Source: Trichoplax adhaerens (lineage: Eukaryota > Animalia > Placozoa). From it: a stretch of DNA of 64,000 bases. The position numbers were made by a program, and so were the translations under genes. Numbering within the stretch: position 1 is the first letter of the stretch; each line of letters starts with the position of its first letter. Positions 27,930 to 38,600 of the stretch are shown here, in pieces. The notes under the pieces are model-generated. The model worked only from the letters and a program-made list of their open reading frames with translations, was not told where the DNA came from and did no database searches. Location: the NCBI RefSeq assembly GCF_000150275.1, contig NW_002060949.1:5809535-5873534 (forward strand), written 5' to 3'.

Positions 27930-28620
27930 ACAGTACTCATACCTCATAGTACAGTACTGTACTCTTTAGTGTATTGTACTGTACTGGTATGGGTTACTCG
28001 ATGACTGTAGTGTACAGTACAAGTTTACAACTCGTCAACGGTACCGGTGTGGCGGTGTGTGAGTTTTATGCTTCCGCATTCGTACCGTACCGTACCGCGC
28101 CGGGCCGCCGATAGCTGAATTCCAACGACTGGCGCCTTGTGTCATCCTAACATTCAACGTCATTCAGTACAGTACACAGTCAAAAGTCAAGAAGATGAGC
28201 ATTAGGCCTGACCTACAGTACAAATGGCAAGTAAAAAATACTGGTCAAAAGTCAAGAAGATGAGCAATAGGCCTGACCTACAGTACAGTGCAATTGGCAA
28301 GTAAAACATGCAAGTACAGTACAGTAAGCACAATTGGCAAGTAAAAAATGCAAGTAAAAAGTCAAGAAGATGAGCAATAGCCCTGACCTACAGTACAATA
28401 CTGTACAATATGGCCAGATCAGATGCTGACATGTTGTACTGTACCGTACTGTACTGGTAGTACAGTGTACAGTTTACAGTACTTGACCCAATTGATTGAC
28501 TGTAGAGACTAGAGACGGTAGAGGTCGTCACACTGTACAGTACAGTGTACAGTAGTCTGCAGTACTGTACATACTGTACTGTACAGTACAGTACAGTAGC
28601 CTGCAAAACTTACTGTTGTA
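27930..28620. promoter_or_regulatory. Bidirectional promoter region RNGTT/SMNDC1 rich in ACTGT/ACAGT pentamers with a small GC-rich core
   Basis: Lies between divergent start codons (27219 minus, 28680 plus); tracts such as tgtactgtacagtacagtacagtag; GC-rich 28038-28140. Confidence 0.6.
28179..28397 (+). repeat. Three copies of a ~41-bp unit (aaaagtcaagaagatgagcaataggcctgacctacagtaca) interleaved with a tggcaagtaaaa module
   Basis: Copies at ~28182, ~28247, ~28357 with only 1-2 mismatches. Confidence 0.85.
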
Positions 28621-28679
28621 CTACTAGTACACTAATAAGGCAACAAAACTGTTAACGCTCTCCAAGCTAACTAGAAAAA

Positions 28680-30691
28680 ATGTCCTCTTTAGCCGAGCTG
28701 CAAAGCAATTTATCTACCTATCAGGCACAATTACAACAGGTAAATAATATCCTTTCAGTGACAAGCCCTATCCCTAGTATACTAATTGATTGAAATCGAT
28801 ATGCAAAGTAAACTCTTGTATATCTATTGATGCGTATATTGGATATATGTAGGTAGAAGCTGCCTTGAAAGCTGATGAAGGTAATGAAGAATTGATGAAA
28901 CTTCAACACGACTTAAATGTGAGTACGATAGACAAGCCATTATAGCCATCGAAATACGTAGAATATTGCCATGGTGTACCATCACAACCCAAAATAAAAT
29001 TGCCATTTCTAAACTGATACCGATAGTTTATAATTAAAAATTGACCGATGTATTAAACTGATCGTCTCAATCAATCTGCAATCAACGATCATCACATTCA
29101 TTCAACATTTCTAGTAGTATGTTGATCATTGAATATCTTAAAATTTCTACCTTGGACATGAATTGTAAAATCATATTACTCCATTCATTACTATAAATGC
29201 AATAAATTAACTTGGACCTGCATGTTGTTTTAACTTTGACATGTTCACTTTTAGGAAGTCATAAATTTAACAGTTGATTTGATTAAATTGAACACCAAAG
29301 GAGAGGTAAGTACTCATGTAGACAAGTATATTTGTAAATTTTGTAGGATTGTATCATTCATTGAAATCCTCAAGTTCCAAATTTCCAATGAAAGGTCCCT
29401 ATCACGGTAGCTAACTTTAATCACTTTCTATAGACAAAGGCTGATGCTGTTGTAGGGACATCGTGGAAAGTTGGTGATAAATGTCAGGCTGTCTGGAGTA
29501 ATGACGGATTGTACGTAAATTAGCATGGTCTACGGTATCATTTTTAATTATACGTATGCTACCATGAAAGATACTGTACGGTAGTAGCAAAGTTATTCCA
29601 TACTCTGTTGCTGAATTTCATTATACTGTACATTTATGTAAAATGATAGCAATTCAAAGAATAATACGTATAAATGTACATATATATGGCAGATATTATG
29701 ACGCAGATATCATTGAAATATCGGAAAATCAATCGACTTGCGTTGTTACCTTTACTGAGTATGGAAACACTGAAACGGTTAAGGTAAGTCAGTACTAGCT
29801 CTATAATAGAAAATGGACTCGATACCATCTTTTGATGCGGATGATTGTATACATACATTGACGCTTTGATTATTGAGCATAACAGTCCTACATTGATTCA
29901 TTGTAGTTAAACTCGCTTAGACACGAATCAGAGGGCGTAAAAAGACCGATATCTGACGTACTTAGTGAAACCAAACCTGAAAGCAGCAGGTACCATCGAT
30001 TTACAAAAAGCAATGCTAAAATCTTATTAATCAGTACAGCGTAATTGATCGTCTATAAGGAAAAACTTAAATGCTTTAACCAACCCAAATTTTTTGCCAG
30101 AGCTAAAAAAGAAAAATTTAAGGATTACAAGCGCAAGAAGGCTTTAAAAAAGCAACAAAAACTTAAGGTAAAACTATATTGAATATTCTATTTGTTAATG
30201 TAGACTTGGATGAAGGTAGCACTTGCAAACATTGCAGCAGTACTCGTAATCGAACCACTTGTTATAGTTTACTCATTTCTGTATCCATATGTAAAAATAT
30301 AGGACTTAGAAAAAGAGAGAGAGACAGAAAAGAGTAAATGGCAGCAATTCAGTAATAAGGTAATTACATATATTGTATCCGTACAGTATATGCTTATGTT
30401 CTATAAGATTTCAGTTGTGGCTCGGTCCTTTTTTAAAACTTGATTCATGGTTTAATAATCTTGCATATCAAAAACTTTTTGTAGGGCTCCAAAAAGGGTC
30501 TATTGAAGAGAAGTATTTTTGCATCCCCGGATAGTGTAACTGGGAAGGTACGCTGATCTATAACTGAATATTTTCATCTTAATTTTCGCTATATTAAACA
30601 CTGATGTAAAATTTAGGTCGGAGTTGGAACATGTGGTATTAGTGGCCAACCAATGACTACATACAATGTCCCTCATATTTATAAGAAATAA
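28680..30691 (+). CDS. SMNDC1: Survival of motor neuron-related splicing factor 30 (SPF30), 10 exons
   Basis: MSSLAELQSNLSTYQAQLQQ|VEAALKADEGNEELMKLQHDLN|EVINLTVDL; Tudor domain WKVGDKCQAVWSNDGLYYDADI...VTFTEYGNTETV; KSKWQQF; SIFASPDSVTGK|VGVGTCG; all GT-AG introns in phase. Missed by the ORF track because exons are short. Confidence 0.95.
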
Positions 30692-31250
30692 ATATCTTTA
30701 TTTCACATGCCTTTTTATATTTTTCTGTATTGGTATTCAATCCTTAACGATTAACCACCAATGAAGACTGTATTGTCAATATTGTATTATATTAGCTACG
30801 AAATATTAGTTAAATGATATAATATTACTATGCCATACAATTATATCGTCTACTAAAGGTAGACGTGCATAATTTTCTATCCAAGTCGTTTCATTTCATG
30901 TAGATACGATGCCGCGATGAGGAATTTCTCAAGATCTATGCTATTTGTTAGCGAGACACAACTTACGGTACGTTGCACAGAAATGTGCTCAAAAATATAT
31001 AATTATCATCGACAAGTCTCTTAGTACTGTATTTATTGTTCATCGGTGTGCAATTATCTTGTTGCGTGATGTAAATTTCGTGTAAACTATGGGTACAGTG
31101 GAAGTATACTTGCTTTCTTCGCGCAATCAATCAGAACTATAAATTATCCCTGTTAGAAATTTTTCACATTTGCAGATTTGTTAATAAAGTTATCTTAAGA
31201 AGAAAGTATAGCGTCCACTTTATCTCGAATATTATCGATAAGTCAATTAA

Positions 31251-31834
31251 TTAGACGATTGTAAAAATTTTAAAATCTGGCCTAGCTTGCGGCTTAACGC
31301 GAGATTCCACGGTCTACGAAAATGAAATACTATATTTTCATTAAATTAAATTATTAACCATTTTGCGACAGAACATCTTATGCTGACATGAGCTCATTTA
31401 ATAAGATCATAGCAAGAGTTTGAATTGGACTATTATAGAAATTTGGGCACTTACAAATACGATTGTGGTGATCAAGACGTTATATAAATCCCTAAACATC
31501 AGGGTAATTTAAATTTTGAATATTAAATAATGTCGCTATAAAAACGAATACCTTAAAGTAAGAAGCGACTTTGCCCTTACGATGGCTGCCGCTTTTCCGA
31601 GCCTTTATTAGAAAACAAATTTGACAATAAAATTAGAGTTATACGCCACATCGACGCGTATTTCGCTTTTAATCCGGCGTTAATGAAAAGCTATCCATGT
31701 ACGATTGGTTTAGCTAATAGTTGAATCTACTTTTTCTGATTGAAAGAATGCAGCCATTAATGAAGTTCAAAATAACAAGGTTACCTTAAACAGAAACTAA
31801 ATATTCCTTGGACATAAAAAATGTCAAATGACAT
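31251..31834 (-). CDS. Candidate 4-exon 66-aa small protein (or spliced non-coding transcript)
   Basis: Exons 31834-31785, 31602-31552, 31491-31455, 31313-31251 joined by GT-AG introns (182, 60, 141 nt) give an open frame MSFDIFYVQGIFSFCLRLGKAAAIVRAKSLLTLRDLYNVLITTIVFTVESRVKPQARPDFKIFTIV*. No recognised homology. Confidence 0.35.
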
Positions 31835-32134
31835 GCATTTCTTGATAGCGGTACTGAAGATTTACAAAAGGACCAGGAAATGTATCTCAACGTAAATATT
31901 AGGGTTAGGGTTGCGATTCTAAGAATAATCGATAATTACAATCTACGTTGACATCAATTCACGATGTAGTAATCATTAAACATAGACAAGCGACAACCCA
32001 TAATATTTAGTACTTTTTATTTCATATTGCTAATTTGATAAATGAACACATTAGCATATCGAATATCGTCGTAGTAATAGAAGACGCGTCAAAACACAAT
32101 AGTACGATCGTTAGAGCAAATTACAACAGCCCCA

Positions 32135-34835
32135 TTACAGCTTGTTAAATGCTGCGACATCAACACTTTGGACCTAAATCGTATGAGAGTAAGAATAATT
32201 CAGAATGATCATGAGAATAATTTCTGATTTACTGATGACAGGCCTTTACTGTATAATACATAATACAAGGAATATAAAGACAGCTAGAACTTTCATATCT
32301 ATACAGTAGTAATCTATAAAGAAATGTATTGTAATTACCAAGTCTTCAAATTCTACTATCTTTTCTTCCAAGAAGTCTGTGCCAACTTTATCATCTTCCA
32401 CAACACAAGAGATTTGTAGCTTCTTTATACCGTAACCAACTGCTACTAATTTCGCTATTTAAAAGGTGACAATAAAATAAATTGAAGTTATTGCTAAATT
32501 ATACGGTATCAATTAGTTAGCAATCTAGTAAAGTCTACCTGGTCCCCATAGAAGACCATCCGATTCAATTGTTCTTACTAGTCTTTCCATTTCAGCCATG
32601 TCTAATTTAATAATATCAATTTAATTTTTAAGATTTAATTTAAACACATAACTACTGTACGCTGATAGTTATCACTAAGTAAATAAATGATAGGTGATGG
32701 TAATAATGCCATACCAGTTTCATCGTCCCACTTTCAAGGTTGTAGCGTCAAGAAGAAATAGAACAGCTTTTTAGGCTTAATAATTTCGTTAAGTTACTAT
32801 ACAAAATACGTGCGTATAACGTAGTAGTCATACCGGTTTTACATCAAGGATGATATTGGATTTTGCTATTACAGGATTTTCTAAAAACATAGATATGAAG
32901 AAAATGCTTAAATATCGTGAAAACTCGTACGTTTAAATCTTAACACATCTTATAAAATCAAAAACGATGTGAATCTTTTACAACAGCAGCATATAGCAAG
33001 AACATACTCTTAGCTTTGCGCTTCTCATATTCAGCTATTCTTTCTGCCTTTACATCTTCCGCTTCATCTGCCTATAATTCAAAAAATACAACTATGTCAC
33101 TAAATAATGTAATGCTGACAATGATAGCATTTAGTTATCATTTACATCATCGTCACTGCCGAAAAGATCGAAGTCGTCGTCATCTTCAGCGTCTTCTTTG
33201 TCCTCTTCCTGATATTGGTCATCGATGGAATGAAAGCGATAGCAATAAAATAGGATTAACAGTTATGCGGATATGTCGGAAAATAAGTCACTAAAAGGGT
33301 TAGATTGCAGTTCTTATCTTCGATATTAAAGCTATTTGCCTAAACTTGATACCTGGCTATTAACCTGCGTTGCCGTTGCATCTTTCTTATCATCTAATTC
33401 AAGTGTCTTAATTCTTGCTTCAAGCTTTGCAACTGCTTTCTCCAAACTAGTTGTCGCTAAAAACAAGAACGATCGTTATGTAATCATGTCTATCTATGCC
33501 ACTTTATATTATTATTTGTCGTACAATGTGGGTTTATCCATAATTAAATTTTGCAAGATAGATAAACTACGAGTACATGCAATTACAGTATATAATACTA
33601 AAGCTGTACAATACAGCTAGACTCTGGTAAAATACTTATTTATGCGATAAGATATAGCGTACACTAGTAGAACAAACATCAATACAATATGCGCACCATC
33701 ATACTGAAAGTTACCTTTCCTTAAATTTTGGTTTTCCAACTCTAGAGAATTTACACGTTCAATCAATTTGGATGTCATCTATAAGTGTATTCAAAGTACG
33801 GTATAATGCGTAAGATTGGTACAAAAATAGCAACAACCTATTAAGATTGATTATTTTCTATCTTTAATTTATTAATTAAACCATATAATCATCTACAGTA
33901 TATTTAACGTTGAACAAACTGTAGTAAAGAGTAAGCATGTAAAGCGTGTACTGTACACTAGTAATTATACAGTACTGTATACTGTATATAAGCAAGCGTA
34001 TGATCAACCGACAATCGATCCGATCTTAGCCGTTGCAATAGGTATTCTTCATATTTAGACTGTTACGATTGCAACAGCGATAAATAATTGGAATATAAAT
34101 ACATGTCAAGAATGGTCGGTTATGATGGTACAGAAAAATAGATTCTACAGGTGTTGTACCATCAACCAATCCTATGGTAAATTATAAGTTATAATTATTA
34201 ACGCCAACGTACGCGTATCTCTGTGATATATACATGGATTGGCATCCCATTCATACGCGTAATTATACTGTAGACTCTACAATTCAATTTGTAGATTCAT
34301 ACACTGATAATTAATCTATACGTCAAAACATCAATATAGACGTACACATAAATTACTTCTAGTTCCGTCAATGTACTCATAATCGCTGCACTATCATTGA
34401 AACATGGATATCTTACGAAGTCATTCATAAGTAATACTATCATTCCAATCACAGTATCTCTATGCTCTCTATACCTCTTCTTCTTCTGATATGATTTCTT
34501 CTGCTGAAATTTGGCGGCCCTGGAGTAGGTATGAAAATGGAACAGTATTACAGTGTGCATAATTTAAAATGATTGATCTAGATCATCACTGTTCACCCTA
34601 TCTAGACCGAGATTATTACACTAGTCATGTATTTCGACGAAAGATCATTTCCTGTACAGTACTATCATTCTATCTGTGACTTGATCAAAATTAGTAGACC
34701 TTGCATAAGCGTCCATCATACCTTTACAACCAAACCCGAGTGTCGATGAGCGATACTGATTTGATATTTTGACTCGGCTTCTTCGTATCTGAATTTATCA
34801 AGCCAGACAGTCTCGTGGATAAGAGCAGCAGTCAT
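32135..34835 (-). CDS. EEF1D: Translation elongation factor 1-delta (eEF1B delta)
   Basis: N-terminus [21 protein letters not shown], leucine zipper [34 protein letters not shown], acidic [14 protein letters not shown] domain [12 protein letters not shown]|WDDET|[20 protein letters not shown]...[21 protein letters not shown]...[12 protein letters not shown]. Confidence 0.96.
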
Positions 34836-34939
34836 CAAATGTTCGCTAAGTGTCACTTAGATCGAAGTAGAAAAATAGGAAGCAATAAATTATGCAGGGA
34901 ATGGTTGAGGACTTGCCAAGTGCACAGGCCAAGGTGACG

Positions 34940-35520
34940 AAGAAATTGGTTACCACACCGCGTTCACGTTCTATGGCTACAGTGTACAGTATAGTACAGT
35001 ACTGTATATGTACTGTACACTGTACAGTATAGTACTGTACTGTACGCACTAGCAGTGTACTATATGGAACATGGATTAGCAGCACTATTTTTTGACCTAA
35101 CAGCGTGCCGTTGATAGCCTATAATTACCGTACAAAAAGTAAAAGCACGTGTACACAGCGGGCTACGGAACGAAGGACAGACTTGATTCGCCTCAAGCTG
35201 ATACAGTCTACAATTCTCAGTACTGTACAAACTGTAAACGAATCGCTACCTGTACAGTGTACAGGTCTGTAGCAAAAATAATGTCGCTCTTAAAAGAACC
35301 ACTTAAGTAATGTCTTTACTAACAAATCAAGTCTCATTGGGTGACATTATTTTTGGTATAGACTGGAATACTACAGTACCCACTATACAGTGTATAGTGG
35401 ACGGTGCAACAGTGGCTGTGGTAGTGATTCGACCCTCCGTACCGTACAATGTACTGCACATGGTTGAACTTGACGACTGGAGTGTGTACTGTACGGTTAA
35501 CGCTGCGATAGGTCGTGCAC
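34940..35520. promoter_or_regulatory. Bidirectional promoter region EEF1D/CPT2 with ACTGT/ACAGT pentamer tracts
   Basis: ~780 bp between divergent ATGs; tracts at 34980-35060, 35200-35270 and 35370-35495. Confidence 0.6.
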
Positions 35521-35612
35521 TTTGAACCCATCCATCGATCACTACAAGGTGTAAGTAATTCCACTATCCACTACCCTATCATTCAGCCTTTTTCATCCGT
35601 CGTTTGGTCAGA

Positions 35613-38600
35613 ATGGCTTATTCGTCGATTCAATTAGCTAATAGTAAATTATCACCCCGAATTCTTCGTTATGGAAGTTATGCTAAGGTAAAGTAATATT
35701 ATTGTGTCAGAACTGGTTTACCTTTCTTGTTTATTTACACTTGCAGTCCAGTGGATGAATTACATTTGAATAGATCGAATTGATTGATAAATCATATCAT
35801 TGCAGTATTGCACACGGTTGATCTCCACGATAGATCATCGCCTTTGTCAATGATCAGTCAGTAGTTGATTATTTTTACTATACTCAAGTGGTAGATCTAT
35901 CCAACTGGTGGAATGGCTATGAAAAGAGCGCGCTAGATTAAAGTTGATTTCAATCGATCATCAGCAGTTAATAACGTTAGTGGTTGTTATCTAATCTTGA
36001 CATGTCGTTATAACAATGGATATCGTAGCTACTATTGAGGCCGCGATTACCTTAATCCCTTTATCAACCATGACCCTTTTCAATCTTAGCCTATAATTTC
36101 ACAATGCTATTTCCGTTAATGTAGACATTCTTAGTTCGATATTCACTTAAAATCAGGCTATTACCTTTAAAATATTCTGAATGATTAATGATGATAACAT
36201 ACCAACGTGCGAATATGTTGATCGCATACAATCTCAATGGATATTACTCTCATACTTGCAAGTGCTGTAGTACAAGTAGCTGAGTAAATAGAAAACAAAT
36301 CCACTACTAGCAACACATAATATTCCTGTATTGAGTAATATCCTACGCTTAATAAAGTATTAAAATGCTAAAGCCCAAACGTATTGTAAAAATTGATGAT
36401 CAAGCAGTTAACGCGCGCTACAGAGACGATACAGTGGACTTTAGTTCCTATTGTATACCTCCACGTTGATGGATCAAAGGTATATGATTAAAATCCAATA
36501 CCCAATTATCGAATGATAATAACATGCAATATACAAACGAATCAAGGTATAGATCCCTACTGATCATCAATAATAACGTAATAAAACTAGAGATAATTGA
36601 TTGTATAAATCATTAATCACTTCATGATTATTCAATTAAGTTAAATCAACTAAAGTAATATTCTCACAATGACCTTCTACCGATACCTGCAATATCGTTT
36701 TTTAAACAGAACTGTATGTTATGAATGTGAACATAGAGTATTGGTACGTCAATAACCATGCTGTACTGTACTCTACTCTACACGATGTCGTCATAGTAAT
36801 CACCAATGTATTTACTGCTGGTTAAAGCTAAAGTTAGCCGCGGTAGTCACTAAATTGCTGTAAATATCTTAATTTCAATATCACAACCTAAACTACAATA
36901 AGATTAAATTTAAGGTAAAAATAGCTCAGGTAGCAAATTTAACTCATAATGTTAACCTTTTAAGCCTTCAAGATTGTAACAGATTATCATTTATTGTACA
37001 TAGGAGTCCGCGGCACTCATTATTTCACCCAAGTTGCGAAAATCCTACGCAAGGTATAGTACAGTATTCCTCTATACATACATGTATATATACTGGACCC
37101 GTTTAAACTCATATATAATTTAATTGTATCAATATAGAAACCAATACTCACTCTATGTATAAATGTTATTCATTTATTTAACTAGATATGCTAGTCAAGA
37201 GATTTATTACCATTAAAATTATAATTTATAATAATAGCAACAACAGAAATTTTCGTTGAGACATCTTTCTTGTATTGCTACTATTATTATTGTTTTATTA
37301 GTAAAATGAACGGTCAATTTTGACAACATCAATGCCTCGTATTCTACCCATAGAGTTATAATTTATTAATGTATGATATTAATGACTAATTATCGGTGCC
37401 GTAGATTAGAAGTAATGCAGTCAATCTAGATCCCTGGTCGTTATTAGCTATGATTTTTCACTAAAGTTACGCAAAGTTAATGTATTGATAGCTTTTTCTA
37501 AAAGTCAAGAATTGATATTTTCGTAAAATTATCTAGTGCCGCCATTGATAAGGAACTTGACGATGGTTACCTTCATCATAGCGTCGTTCCAACTATGCAC
37601 TATCAACCAAGTCTGCCGAGATTACCAATCCCATCACTAGAAAAGACTTGCATGAGGTATTTAAACGGTGTTCAACCATTGCTCTCCGCAAAAGAGTTCG
37701 AACAAACAAGTAGAATAGTTAAAGACTTTGAAGAAAATGAGGGCAAAGGTAAAACATGCGTTAGAACGACAATAGCTGATATAAAATAGATTAGCAAATT
37801 ATATTTACAACACAGTATTTCTAGTTGTAAGTTAACTCGTAATGTAATACATTTATTCCAGCCTTACACAAAGAATTGGTTGAAAATGATAAAAAAAACA
37901 AGCACACCAGCTATATTGCAAGTAAATAATAGCTTAAAAACTTATATCATTTATATGATATCATCATTTAAATAATGTGAGAATCATTTACCTTTTATAA
38001 CAGAGCCGTGGATGGATATGTATTTGTCGGATCGAACAGCTATTCCTATCAATTATAATCCGGGTCTAATATTTTTGAATAAAAATCCACAAATTACAGA
38101 CCAGGTAAAAATTTTTATTGATCTTACCTTCTGTTGGTTTCGAGATGTCTGTTAATATAAATTTTATAGACCTGTACGTATTTCTTTGGCTTACGCAAAA
38201 TGTAGTACGGACACAGTGACTAAGAATGCTGTTATTTATAAATAAATATATAGACTTATTTGTAAAAACTTATAATTATTTTTCTTGTATGTTGCAATCA
38301 GGCACTACGAGCCACTGGAATAATTTACTCTAGCCTCAGATTTATGCGATCATTGGAAACTAATAAATTGACCCCTGACATCTTTCACCTTAACCCAAAG
38401 AATAGTGATACCAAATGGTTTCATAATTTAGTGAGGTCTGATGAATGCTAATGATGCTTTATTTGATAGCTCCTAGTAATCGATATAGTATTACTTCGAC
38501 ATTCTAATATTTACATTTTATGTTAAACGATAACTTACTATGTAACATAGATTTAAAATCGAATAAAATATTCCATATTAAATACGAAACCTTTGTCTAT

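Noticed and set aside
28747-28755. ATATCCTTT, a U12-type 5' splice-site match in SMNDC1 intron 1
   Set aside because: A canonical GT donor 7 nt upstream gives the conserved protein; no U12 branch site or AC acceptor was found.
34356-34390. Extra 34-nt exon candidate in EEF1D
   Set aside because: Splice signals are present but inclusion breaks the frame given the flanking phase-0 exons; cannot be supported without cDNA.
28388-35564. Tyr/Cys/Thr/Val-rich ORFs at 28388-28606, 34846-35085 and 35310-35564
   Set aside because: Translations of the ACTGT/ACAGT promoter tracts.
6302-36084. Shared 13-mer gacccttttcaat in the first introns of ACOX-B and CPT2
   Set aside because: Many 13-mer matches are expected by chance in 64 kb of AT-rich DNA.
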